A stretch of 63,945 bases of DNA, filler included, from Trypethelium eluteriae (taxonomy: Eukaryota): NCBI GenBank assembly GCA_051942245.1. It is 4 parts of 4 records of this genome, joined end to end, with 100 filler letters (N's around TTAATTAATTAA, not from the genome) between each part and the next. Parts side by side here need not be neighbours in the genome. Positions count along the whole stretch, not along the records: positions 1 to 17,213 come from JAVECL010000597.1; 3 more parts are not named here. One strand, given 5' to 3'. The notes under the pieces are model-generated. The model did not search any database. It saw only the letters and a program-made list of their open reading frames with translations, and was not told where the DNA came from. Both the position numbers and the translations under genes were made by a program. This document shows positions 1-12,129 of the stretch, in pieces. Every line of letters begins with the position of its first letter. The first letter of the stretch is position 1.

Positions 1-139
1 CCTTACGCCCTGTAGTTATTAGTTCATTTTCCTTCGCCCTCACCCAGATAGGGAGGTCTATATAACAGCCTGCACCTCGGGCGACCTAGATAGGTCAATT
101 GAGTTCTTTCCTCCGATTCAGTTGTTTGTTACAACATCA
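1..139 (+). mobile_element. 3' end of an LTR-like repeat, copy 1, cut by the window start
   Basis: 1-140 matches 51684-51824 except for 2 transitions and a 1-bp indel. It contains a TATA-like TCTATATAA, and identity stops just after ...GTTACAACATCA, fitting a CA LTR terminus. No internal retroelement ORF is visible, so the LTR call is inference. Confidence 0.65.
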
Positions 140-1035
140 CAAACCCAGCTGACCATAGGTGAGCGATCGATGCAAGTCTTTCCACTAGAGAACACAGTGA
201 CTGATCTCGTTTGGCTCGTATAGAAGGGTCTGTACAAAGAAGTACAAGTGCTGGAGGCAATAACAATGGCATCAAAGAGGGAAACGAAAAGATATCATGG
301 AGAAGTTCCTCACTAGAGTTCGCGGGGCATCTGAAGGACCATGCCACGGGAGAGGACGGCCGTAAACTAATATCTAATCATCAGAACTGGCTCTTGGATG
401 ACCAAATCCTGTGGAGGATGCAAGAATGGCTTCGTGATGACATAGATTCTCAATTGCTCTGGATTTCTGGCCCATGGGAATTTCAAGATTCGTCCAGTGC
501 AAGACCTGCGGCTTTAGCGATCATTGCGGCTGCATATCAAGTCCAGACCTTGATCGTCTCATACATTTGCGAAAAGCCACGTCTATCTGAAAGGAAGCCA
601 GGCATGTCTTTGGAAAAGACAGAATTGATTACTTTGCTGTATAGTCTTATCGACCAGCTAATGCACTTCAATGTCGAGGATGAAGATTTGGATCTCGGAC
701 GACATCGTTTTGAGAAGTTAGACGGGAGTCGGGACTCATGGTCAGGGGCCATTGCATTGTTAAGTGAGCTGCTGAAGCATACTCCTGGGTTGCGTTTCTG
801 CGTTATAGATGGAATGAATTTACTGGAAGCGTCCGATGGAGCTGACTGGTGCGATGATTTGCTGAGAACGCTCCTAGAGTGCCATACTTCAGAAGATGCA
901 CATTTCAATTTGCTTTTCACGACGGCTGGGAAAAGCCGAGCGCTTTTGCAACGAGTTTCGGGAAGACAACACTATGACTCTGATCAATATATCAGTGATG
1001 TGGAAAGGCGAGGCCGAGACTTCTTTACCTCCTGA
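140..1035 (+). pseudogene. 3' part of a degenerate NACHT/P-loop-like protein gene, apparently interrupted by the LTR-like repeat
   Basis: ORF 211-1035 has W..D..SQLLWISGP (Walker A position, no GKS/T), VSYIC, LLYSLIDQL, FCVIDGMNLLE (Walker B-like) and LLFTTAG. Likely intron 159-223 (GTGAGC..ACTGAT..TAG) joins in frame to a short exon QTQLTI that abuts the repeat end. Confidence 0.6.
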
Positions 1036-1636
1036 GAAGGTCACAGAGACCGGACAATTCTTGCTGGGAGAAGTTTCAAGAGTATTACCACGAACCGGAG
1101 CATGCATTTTGCTACCCATACTTAGCCGCCTGTCAATCGTACAGTTTTGCCCTTTTCGGACTTCGATGTAGGAATTTTCAGTAGACAAATGCTTAACTTG
1201 AGCTTACTGACTACCATTTCAACCAGGCGTTCGCCTTCTGGTTCAATATCAGATACCATGATATGGCCGACTGCACGTCAGAATTGCTAGTTTGCTGGCC
1301 ACATCTCCTAATTACGCAAATCAAATGATGTAGGAAAAGGTAATGTGCGCATAACATATACTAGAATACGTCAGATCTCGGTTGAGGGTGGTACTGTCAC
1401 CCTATAATCAGGACTCAAACTCCGTCAAAGGAGTTAGCAAAGCGAGCTCTGCGAGGTAGGCTGGTATCTGCTCTTTTGAGTTGTCCGGCATCGTAGCTGC
1501 ATCAGAGAGCGAGAAATGTATCATGGCAGCATCTCAGGAACTGATGATGTAAATTAAGTGGTGAAAGCTTGTAGATTAAGCTATGGAGGCGAGGTGGCTA
1601 TCACGTCTTTAAAAGCCACTCTTCTCTGGATTCCTC

Positions 1637-1852
1637 TTGGGAGTCCTATAGCCTGTAAGACCCCTAGCAGAGGAGAAATTCGTGCATCCTAACGCCCTCC
1701 ACATGGTATGCAGCGAAACAGAACAATTATTAATTGTATTAAGATTAGTGACTGGGCTTCAAATTGGTTTAAATGGGGCCAAATTGGAAAGCCTCGACGT
1801 TGTCACCACTCACCAGCCAGAAGGACTGCTTTAAGGTATTCCGGAGATTATA
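1637..1852 (+). repeat. Diverged direct repeat, copy 1 (pairs with 5305-5510)
   Basis: Aligns by eye with 5305-5510 through GCCTGTAAG, AGCAGAGG, TCCAC.TGGTAT and AAACAGAACA; mismatches are mostly transitions. Confidence 0.75.
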
Positions 1853-2574
1853 ATTAGTATCAACTGAACCCCCTGTGAAGGCCAGAAAGATAACACAGGG
1901 ACAAACATGATAAAGGAGTTAAGCAAGCAAGCCGTCGTCAATGTTCCCCTGGTTATCTATCATGCTCTACTGGAACAGACGGTTGTACTTAAACCTACTC
2001 TCTGCTTTGTTCAATCTTACTGGCTTTCGTCTGTGTTCTGCGTTTGCAGAAAGAACAAGCTACATATTTGGGAGTTTCTCAAAGAGATTCTAACGGCAGA
2101 ACATAAAATAATTCAGGAGCGTCGATAATCTTAGGTTGTGTCTGCTGCATAGCTGATGCCTCTTTGCTTTAGATAAACCGTGCTGCTGAGCTGGAATGGG
2201 ACATGATTCCAGCCATTGTACACTGACCGAAGTGTTTCCAAAGGAATAGCTCCGGTAGACTCATCGTCATCCTCAGACATTTGAGTATTCTTACTCTGCA
2301 GTAGTATACTAAGTGTCGTAGACATCTAATGAGCCAACCTTTCACTGGAGCTAACACCGTCTCCCTAGCCTAGCTCATGAGGGAAGGTCGAATGAAAACT
2401 TGATGAAGCAGCCGCCGAAGGCTTTTATGGCCTCGCATGACTACATGCGCCTCGTAGGATCACCGCAAGTTTCAGAATGAGAGAGGCTGTAGCAGGAGCG
2501 CATGGCAGTGGAAAGGTTGCGTGAAATTTTAATGGCTTTACAGCGACCGCCATCAAAAGTACAGCCTCTATTTC

Positions 2575-4479
2575 CTAATTTACCTTGCTGTCCTCTTTGA
2601 TCATGTCACTGGCCTTTTCGGCCAACGCATACACCGCACTCATTGGATTCCCACTCACATGGTTTGGAAAGACACTAGCATCTACAACCCTCAAGCCACT
2701 CACCCCTTTGACTCTAAGTCGTCCATCTACAACCTGACTCATCGCACAAGTTCCCACTGGATGGTATTCTGAGATGCATAAGCTGTGGATGTAGTCGTTT
2801 GCCTGCTTATCATCATGGAGGTTGACCTCCGGTGGCGGATAGATTCTTGCCTTGATCTTGTCTTTTAGCTCCCCATTCGCAACTCGATCGAGAAAGCGAA
2901 GTCCTGCAGTCGCAACCGCGACATCGGCTTCGTTTTCGAAGAAGGCTTGGTCGTAGGTTGGTTGAACCAATGGATCGGCCGATTGGATGTGTACGGATCC
3001 ACGGCCAACGCTGTTTGAGACGCGGATGCTTGCCGCAGCACCGTGGGCTTCTTGAGAGACCGGAGGACTGAGGACGTTCTTTTGATCTTTGACGGCCTCT
3101 TCGGAGAGGTTTAGGGTGGCGGGGCACATCACGAAGTGGACGCTTGCGTGCTTGGGGGACCGTAGAAGGTTGATGATCTGTTCACGCTGTTGAGCCTGGA
3201 AAGGGGTTTTGTTGGGGAGACTACGAATGATGTCAATTGTGTGCTGGAGTTCGGTCTCGGAGACAAGTTCGCGGGATGGAAGAAATCCCATGCTGCTCGT
3301 AACAGATGTGAGGATTCCGGAGTGAGCAGACATGTATTCTTCTTGAGCGGCGACCAGAGCAGCGGGATCGGCGAGCTGGTCCATGGTCTTTGTGTTCGGA
3401 GAAAGAGTCCAAGAAATCACTGTCCCAGGATGATCTTGGAGATTTTCGCCCACAGCCGGAAGATTAATCAAACAGCTGACATCTGCTTGACGTAGTACAT
3501 TCGAGTCTCCAATGCCGGACAATTCAAGGCTTTGAGGTGATTGGACAACGCCGCAACTCAAAATAACCTCTTTATTCGCCTGGACAACATGTTGCTTGCT
3601 ACCATGGAGGAACTCGACAGCCCGAGCTGTTGATGTACCGCCTTTTTGGTCCAATATGATCTTACTGACGGTCGCCTTGGTCAACACCTTGAGGTTTGGC
3701 CTGTCCAGGTTCGGTTGCAAGTAGGCACTTGCTGCATAGCTTCTCGTCCCCGTGCTCGAATTGACCGTTGCGAGGGTTGAATAGAAGCCCAGATGGTCCC
3801 CAGACCATGGATCCAATGGCATGACCTCTCTTCTTGCAGTGTTGTGACGAGCTCGGAGGAATTCAGTCCCAAATGGTAAGTGCCAATTGTCAAAACTCGT
3901 ATGGATGGGTCCCTCTTTGCCATGGAACTCCCGTTGGAAAGGCATAAACTCTTTGTCTTCCTCAGAAATGGACGTCCCAATAGGTTCGAGGGTCTGATGC
4001 TTGAGGAAATAAGCTCGGAAATTGTCTGCGGACCAGCTCCTATCTCCTACAAGCGCCGCCCAATTGTCGAAATCACTATCTGATCCGCGCGTATACAAGG
4101 TCCAATTTTGGGCGCTAGATCCACCTAGCATTCTACCTCGAGGAACGGCGTGGGTCCTGTTGAGGTTGCCTTTCTATGAGACTGATTAATGCATGTCAGT
4201 CTCTTCCAAAGGTCAAGTCAAACATACCTGAGGGATACTCTCCACCATCCAATCATAGTCCGGATGGCTGAGCATTTGCATAGCAGCGGCCGGGGTATTG
4301 ACTAAAGGATCGTCCATACGATTCTGGCCAGCCTCAAGAACTCCGACAGTAACATCTGGGTCTTCTGTCAGTCGCGCTGCGACTACAAGACCTGCAGTCC
4401 CTCCTCCACAAATGACATAGTCAAAGGCACCATTGACACCGGCGGAAAACTGTTCGACATTCTCACAAAGTACTGCCAT
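2575..4479 (-). CDS. GMC oxidoreductase (aryl-alcohol/glucose dehydrogenase-like), 2 exons
   Basis: Exon 1 4479-4228 has [19 protein letters not shown]. Intron 4227-4174 (GTATGT..TAG). Exon 2 has [38 protein letters not shown] and GNP. Confidence 0.95.
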
Positions 4480-5304
4480 TTCAGATGCACAAAGCTCTTG
4501 CTTTCATGTGATTTGTCTCGAAACCCTCGGTTTCAGTCGGCCTGTGATGGCTCCTAATACCTGCGGAAAGTGAAGGATATCTCCAATGCAGCAATGTGAG
4601 GATAGGTATCAAACATACGTCGCAACTCGAACACGTAAGGCTAACGGCTTAGGGTTCCGTACATTCTATATGCTACCCTTACTACATGCGTGGACAGCTG
4701 CGACAGGCAACCACCGTTCCGCTCCTTGCCAATTGGTCGTATTTTAGGCAAGCGTGCGGCACATGGACAGACCCCGCAGTATGTTAGATAGTTGTTATAC
4801 ACACGATGGAAGTTGTAGATCAACGGGAGTGCGGAAGGACGTATGCCTCTAGTCTGAGACACACGTACTCTCAACGCTCGCAGCTTGATATGCTCGATCG
4901 AAGCGCATTGTTAGGATGGAATAGAGAATTTAATAGTATCTGGCTTTTGGCACAAAGGAATCAACTTGTCCATGAACCGTCATTTCCAGCAGCTGGGTCA
5001 GGATGACGTAATATCGCTTTACTGCGCCGCTTCTGTGCAGTGCGCCGTCGATAAGTGGAGTCAGTAGTCGGTGACTCTACTCTCTGCCTACCCCTGCAAC
5101 TCAAAGTGATAGAACCGCAGAACATGGTGCTTGTATCACCTGTTACTATGGCTACTCTGGGACGATGCCAGAATTCCCGCATCGACGCCTCACGGAGGTT
5201 CTCATGCCCAAGGTAGTTTAGCGCTCAGTACTGCGAGCTGAAGATCTTTCTGTTAAGTGTTCAGAATGTGGTGAACTAAAACCCTGGACTGGAAGGTGTA
5301 AGAT

Positions 5305-5510
5305 CTAGGAAATCCTGCGGCCTGTAAGGTTCTCAGCAGAGGTATCCGTGTATCCTGCGTCGTCCACGTGGTATACAACAAACAGAACAGTTCTTGATCT
5401 TACTAGGATCAATGATTGGACCTCAAAATAGTTTTAATGAGGTCGAACTGGAACGCCTTGACATCGTCGCCAGTCTGAAAGACCGCTTCGAGGTGTTGCA
5501 GAGACTGTAT
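5305..5510 (+). repeat. Diverged direct repeat, copy 2 (pairs with 1637-1852)
   Basis: See copy 1. The minus strand reads like a stop-riddled coding relic (QSLQHLEAVFQTGDDVKAFQFDLIKTILRSNH*S**DQELFCLLY). Confidence 0.75.
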
Positions 5511-6428
5511 GATCCAAAGTCGAATTGAAGTCAACTAATCCCGGGGGTATCGTCGTGTTCATCTGACGGTTGGGACCATGGTGCGAGGGACTGCAAAGTA
5601 TTACATGATTGACAATGCGGTAGACGCAATTGAAAGACCGAAAAGTACTGTTGATGTGACCATGGACAAGATAGAAATCACAACTGCTCCCAAGGAGAAA
5701 TACTGTGGTCCCTAGTCCCGAATCGGAGACCTTCGAGTTTGCGCAGCCTTCTTCGCGGTTTTGAAAGCTAGGAAAGCGTACTGCCTAGAATATCACACTA
5801 AAGAGCATCACTGCCGAACGTAGCTGTAGGTCGAATTTTCAGAGTGAGATAAGTACGGAGCCCAGCAGTGGAGCTTACTAGTTCGGCACTTTAGAGTTAG
5901 AGTTATATTGCATGGGTTCGGGGGAGGGCTTAGCTGCGAAAATAACCACAAATTTAGACGGGTGACATGGAGGAAGAGCAAATCGTGCCATGACGCTGAT
6001 GCCAATGCATCAGAGGCGTCGGCAAATATCAAAGACTCGGTCTCTTCTGGGTTTTCAATAAGTAAAAGACACGAAGCGGAAAGATCCTGCTGATGCATAT
6101 GAGCTGAGGACAGACGTACGCATCACACGAGTATTCTTTAGGTATCTGGCTGAATTAAAACGAAGAGATACGTGGACACTGCAAGGACAAGAGCGGAGAT
6201 TGAGAGAAGTGGGGAAAGAGTAAAAGTGGGAGGACGACAAGCCATAGGCTCCCAGCAACGTGAAAACAATCAAAGTTGGGAGAACTCGTACACATGTCGA
6301 CCAACACAGCATTCAGGGCTAGAGACTACACAAACGTTCGATATCGTGGTGAATAGGATAAATGCCGAGATGTCTCCTCGCGCCTGCCCATGAATCTGAG
6401 TTCAATAGATATTCTGTATCAAGACGGT

Positions 6429-7536
6429 CTAAATGTTAGTACCAGCATCAGTGGGTTTGGTGGAAGTCACAGACGTCGTTGTAATGTGGCTAAAGAAGGT
6501 GATCGAGTACCAGACGCAATGAGCTTGTTGATAAGCCACAGTGGCCCAGGGGGCGTCACTCTGTAGGACATGAGCGCAGGCATAAAGATCATCCGTGCTA
6601 GGCAATGAATTTCTATAAATAGGAACCAGCGTAACGAGAAATGTTTCGTATCTTTTAAGATCTGACCGGCTGTTACCCAGTAACAACAGGCAATGTGTAC
6701 CAGCCATGACTCGGAAGGCACAATGAGGGGCCGAAACGCGAGCTGCCCAGGTGTAGATCAGGATATTGATACTGTCTCAAGAAGATGCAGCTATCTCTTC
6801 AATCCTCTATGCCTGAGGCGGCTTTGAAGGTAGACGAGCGACTGGCCGCTTATCACTCAGTCTAGAGATCCGACTTGTATTCCAGATCAACTTCGGGGTG
6901 ATGCGGAGGAGTACGAGCTACGATTGAAGTTAGTGCGCCTGATGATTTCCTGAACCATTTGAAGGAACTTAGATCCACTTGCCATAACCATCCAAGCGTC
7001 CAGCTTTGAGACGGTTTCAAAAGGTCTTGTATGATGGCTCGAAGATTTTTGCCTAAGAACGGGAGCCTATTTTTCTTGCACACGTCCATTGTTGCACCAA
7101 ATAATGCCTGGTTGATCGCTCTTCAATAGGAAGCCAAGGACGCGATGATCTCGTCTTAAACGAACACCCGCCCCTCCCAATAAAATCTTAGGTAGATAAC
7201 TTCCGATAAAGGCATTTCGCATGGCAGGGATCATCCCAAGGTAAGCCACCAGGTCCAAGTGCCCCCCTTCTTCTCGGCCTTCGGAGCTGTGCTGCGCAGA
7301 ACTGAGCGAAGGCCGTGCTAATACATCTGACACGCAGCTCACCTGTCACCACCAGGCTGCCTTTGATGCTCAAGCCATTGCCCCTGCGACGGCGAAGGCC
7401 CTTTGCTCTTGGACGACATCGAAAAAAGAGAACTCCAAAACGAAGGTCTCTTGGATTCGGGAGCCATGTGAGGAGATGAGGAGTTGCTGGCAGCAGCTCG
7501 CTCTGAACTCGAACATCTTCCTTGAGAGGCTGACAT
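6429..7536 (-). pseudogene. Possible decayed gene of unknown family
   Basis: ATG at 7536 and a GTGAGC donor near 7342, then several short protein-like ORF pieces (7067-7342, 6862-7089, 6429-6707) separated by stops or frameshifts. No motif recognised. Confidence 0.3.
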
Positions 7537-7906
7537 GTTGCCAGTGATGAGCCTTGTGATGGTGATAATCTTGAGACTCAAGAATGAGATAATGTTGGAG
7601 CTAAGCAACATTTGCTTAGCTGATTTCGCGGCTCTTCATTTGGAACAATACCTTACCTCTACCGACTTTGGCGCAGAGGTAAGCGAGGTTCAAAATTCGG
7701 AGATTGCTGTTTCGGTCGAGCTTATAGGAGAATAGAGGTCGATAGGGATTATTTCACATAGCAAGACGTAAACATTTCACCGTGTTACCTTGACGCGTGC
7801 AAGGAAATTGGCCGACGCGCCTGCCACACGATACGGTACTGGACCCTGCTTTTCTTGACATTACTCTACCACCCCACCCTTCAAACTAGATATCGTCTTG
7901 CAAAAA

Positions 7907-9292
7907 ATGTCCAAATCGACTTGCCCCTTTCCAGCCGTGCAAGAAGCGTTAGCCCCCTACATTCACGATCGCTCAGAAACCCTACGCATTCGGAAACAGC
8001 TCGACCGATATCTCTTTGCGCCGTTTGAAAGCAATGATGGCAGTGGTGGAGCTCACTTGGCGCACGCTTTCTACCCTCAGACCATAAATGCTAGGGACAT
8101 TCCGCTACCCATCAGTGGGGTGAGGCGATCTTACCTGAAAGCATTGCAGGCTCACATAGCGGCCAAGACAAAGCTTGAGGAGCTTCGATCCGACTTAGAG
8201 GAGCTGAAACATGGAGCAACACATACAATCAACAGGCAAACGGACTCCAAAAGATCAGGCAGCATAGAAGACTATGTCTCGCTCCTCCGTCTGCGCCAGC
8301 GTCAGAGGCGTCTTGAAGTAGTTCGGAACTATCTAGCGACCCTCACGACCGATACAAACGATATGAAGATGGGCTTGAGAAATGCTGTAAAGCAGGCAAT
8401 TGGTGACCATCCAGAGGCACCGGCTCCTATGTTGAACAATGGAAACGAGGATGTTCACAGTGATGAGCTCGTCACGAAACTCAAAAAGGCGGTTCTTGTA
8501 GCTAAGTGCGATACGGACGGAGTTCGAAGGGCAGATGATGCTCAAAAGGACGGCACTGCCTCGACAAAGCCAGATATAGATGCAGATATTCGTGCACTTC
8601 GCCACGCCCGAGATGAGCTCATTAGCTGGATCGAAGAGCAACTAGCAAAGGTGCCGGAAGAAACATCTATGCACAAAGAGGACGATGCTGTGGTAGAGAA
8701 GGATGAACCGGCTGCTCGAACCATCACCCTTTCCGATATTGAAGACCAATACAAAAGCTATACTTCTTCCCGTGAATCATTGATCCGGTTCATCGAATCC
8801 ATCGATAACGCTTCCACATCAACTTTACTGTCGCCCAGTAGTCCCACCAAGCGCACCTTCTTCTCCCGACAATCACCAAAAATTTCAGGGACGAGTCCGA
8901 CCAGTGCAACCCGACAGCCCATTGGTGCTCCCAAGGAACCCTCCCAGGCAGTCACCCTACTCCCGTATATTCCAGCCCTCACCGAGACATCTCGTACATC
9001 GCAAGCCCTTCTCTCGCAGAATGCTTTCCTGCGACGTCAACTGGCGAGTGCTGAGGATGAACGAAAGGCCACACTCGAGCGCCTGGCACAGGAAAGTCAT
9101 CTCCTACCAAGTAGCGCGCAGGCCAAGGTGTCGTCATGGAACCAAGCAGCTGCAGGAGCAAGAAAGGAGATGCGCGATTTCGTCAATGAGAAGGTTAGTG
9201 CTGGAGAAAGAGCGTTGACGCGATGTATCGCTGCTTTGAATGATGTCGATGAAGAGAGGAGGGCCGTAGGATCGCTGCAGGGAGATGCGTAG
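7907..9292 (+). CDS. Hypothetical coiled-coil-rich protein, intronless
   Basis: Uninterrupted ORF of about 460 aa from ATG 7907, with helical charged segments and an S/P-rich linker; convergent with BUB2. Confidence 0.8.
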   Translation: MSKSTCPFPAVQEALAPYIHDRSETLRIRKQLDRYLFAPFESNDGSGGAHLAHAFYPQTINARDIPLPISGVRRSYLKALQAHIAAKTKLEELRSDLEELKHGATHTINRQTDSKRSGSIEDYVSLLRLRQRQRRLEVVRNYLATLTTDTNDMKMGLRNAVKQAIGDHPEAPAPMLNNGNEDVHSDELVTKLKKAVLVAKCDTDGVRRADDAQKDGTASTKPDIDADIRALRHARDELISWIEEQLAKVPEETSMHKEDDAVVEKDEPAARTITLSDIEDQYKSYTSSRESLIRFIESIDNASTSTLLSPSSPTKRTFFSRQSPKISGTSPTSATRQPIGAPKEPSQAVTLLPYIPALTETSRTSQALLSQNAFLRRQLASAEDERKATLERLAQESHLLPSSAQAKVSSWNQAAAGARKEMRDFVNEKVSAGERALTRCIAALNDVDEERRAVGSLQGDA

Positions 9293-9447
9293 ATTGGTAG
9301 TGAGGTAATGAGGTCCGACATGCATCGCCATCTGCGAAAGCGTGTCCCTTTCTGAGGCGCGCAGGCAAGGTAGAACTAGCACGCAGGGACTGGAGCACAG
9401 AGTGACAGAGGCGTCCGAAAATAGGACGTAGTGCATGATCGCCTGGC

Positions 9448-10607
9448 TCATTTAGCATGCCTGAGGATCTCTTGGTAGAGATCCTCCGGTATTTTTTCCA
9501 CAATGCTAAGTACGATCATCTTGATTGTCTGGGCTTCAAGAGCCGGAAGTGCTCGAAGGATGAGGTTAGGACTAGAAGCCGAGACGGTTAGCTACGAATG
9601 ATAGGTCTGTTGTCTTGCTAAGTACCTTGAGCTCTGCAGGATTTGCTCCTTGATCATGATCAATTGTGCAACAATACAGAGAATATTTAAGTGCACGCCC
9701 CAGGCGAAGAGAAAGTCCCATAAATTGAGCACCTCTGGTAAAGGTGGCGTGCAGGCGCACAGGGTGGTGACACTCGCAAAGCCGTAGATCTGCGCAGTCA
9801 GGCCTTTGGAGTGGAGATGGCCGGCCAGCTTTGGCTCGACGACTGCAAGAACTTTATCCACAAGGGCCAGGCCACGATGCACGCCGTCCATGGAAGGTTT
9901 AATGTAACCGGGGCATTCTCGTCGCAAAAAAGTGTCAAAGGCGACGAAGGCTTCTGCCTCGGAGCGTGCGGCATACAGAAAAGGTGCGGCGAGTACGTTC
10001 ATGCCCTGAACGTACCCGAGCTGTTCTGTGCCTGGCTGTGCTCCTGCATCCGAACCATCGGTACCAGCTACACTTCCTTTGCCGCCGGGAGAGGTGCTGA
10101 GACGAAGACTCTGCTCAGGACTGCCCGTGACGGAATCTCCAGGTCGGAGAAGGTTCGGAGCGGGCAGTGTTGGAGGGGACTGCCAGCCGTTGACTCTTGC
10201 TTCGTGGGCATCATGGAGTTTCCAGGCTACTGCATTCAAGACGCGTGTGAGACTGTTCTCAGTGACACGCCGTCGGAAGAGAGGGTCCGTTGCCAAAGTG
10301 CGAAAGGTATCATTGCGGATTTTCGTATAAGCGGGAGAAGGGCCTTGACGGACAAGGTCGAGGTAGATGTCTGTCTTGATAGGCGCGGCATTGAGGAGAA
10401 TTAACCAAATATAGATGCGAAGGTCAGACTACGGAGGTAATCAGTATCATCATTCAAGATTAAATGTTGAGGATAAGAAATTACAATCCCATCATTATTA
10501 CTGGGTATGCCATGGTGCAGCACAGCAAGGCGAATCTCTGCCAGACCCTTCACGATGTCGCCCGATGGTGGACCGCGGAGATAATGATCGAGCTTCATGA
10601 AGTCCAT
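9448..10607 (-). CDS. BUB2: Bub2/Cdc16 TBC-domain GAP of the mitotic exit/septation initiation network
   Basis: YVQGMNVLAAPFLY, GVHRGLALVD, TLCACTPPLPEVLNLWDFLFAWGVHLN. Last exon SPNLILRALP..HAK* follows an intron at about 9624-9573. Start is approximate. Confidence 0.9.
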
Positions 10608-11140
10608 CAATCGTGGGGTATGAGGGCTGGTGCAAAATACAAGATGGGTTAGGGAGCGCGTGCGACGCGTCGACCGAGTCCCACCACTACGGCACCAACG
10701 ATCCCTTAGCGCGCTTCTAGAAGCCAGTGCAAGGATATCTGGTACCCACCTTAAGCTACGGTAGTGGATATCTTACCACCTTACTGTGCGTCACTCATTC
10801 CATGGTATGGTGGTACCGTCTTCACATTTTCCTCAGAACCGTGGGTGCTTAAGTTTACTACATCCTAGCACAGATCTGACAGCGAAAATTACCGAAGATG
10901 GCCTGGCCTTCGCATAACATCTCGTCAACGGCTAACAAAGGCTTCCGCTTCAAGGTAGACTTCTATTATGAGAAAAACACATCTCAAGTTTTCAGACCCG
11001 GGATCGCAATCGGCATCAGAATATCAAATTGTCCAGAAAAATGATTCCATCATACCATCGTTGTTTGACACTACCGAGGGAACCAGTGCACTGGCTCGAC
11101 ATTGATATTTCGCGGCGTTCAAGCATCATCAGGGGAGCGG

Positions 11141-11150
11141 ATGATACCAT
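11141..11150. promoter_or_regulatory. Candidate CYS-3/MetR bZIP site upstream of the sulfate permease
   Basis: ATGATACCAT matches the Neurospora CYS-3 consensus ATGRYRYCAT. A one-mismatch site ATGATTCCAT lies at 11041-11050. Confidence 0.5.
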
Positions 11151-12129
11151 TCTTGGTGGCGTTGATTGGCTACTTCCACGACAAAGCGCGGCTCCATGGT
11201 GCAGGATCTCTCCATGCTCTCCCCCAAGACGCAACAGCGAGCCGAACTGCTGACCGTCGCCTAAAAACTCTTAGCACGCTGATCGAAGAATTAACCAAAC
11301 CCACTCTTCCCGCTCGCCTGTCCCTTTCGAGCCTCGTCCCCATGTCGTGATTGCGTACGTGCTTTGGCGAGAGAATAATGCCAACATGCCATCCCTCGTG
11401 CCATCCCATAATTTCATCTTCTCTTCGATCCGCCGCTACCAACAGCCTGGCCATCATCCTGGATCTGACACCTTTACGATCGAAATCAGATCGCTCGGCC
11501 GATCTAAATGTCAGCCTTCTGCAATTGACCGGCATTTGGCCTACTTGAAGGAGTCGACTCTTTTTCCTCGGGAGACGCGCGATTTCACCTTGACATTTAT
11601 GTTTGGTCAGTTCTGCTCGATTACCCACTGGCTGTCGCAGCCGAAATTTCCTAATCCGACTTGAGACTGGATTCTACTGCTGCCTGGGTCCAATCTTTTG
11701 CCCGAGATCCGCGCCTACAGACCCCCAAGAAACCTTAGTCTTGGGGTTCCAGCTTCTCGGCGCCCTCCCTCAGACGCAGTAGGGCTACTCATTCTTTACG
11801 TATGGCCTTCGTCTAGCCATTGCCACTGACGCCACCCCCATCGAGTTATCACGCTTGTGTGGTCTCGTTTGTGTGTAGAAAAGACGAGAGGCGCGCAGGA
11901 ACTGGAGGGAGTCGACGTGTTCTAGATTCCCCCGTGGGGACTATTAATTACCCACGAGTATTCAGATAGATTGGTCGCACTCCATCATCCGGCATCTTTC
12001 TAGGTTGTTAGCATTGCAGTGCATCGGACCTGACTTGGCACACAGACTATCCCTTTTAAGTGCTTCTTGCTTGGATCTTCTTTGCGGCCTTTGAAAAGCT
12101 TGTGCATCCTCAGGGCTTGTGTTAGGACC

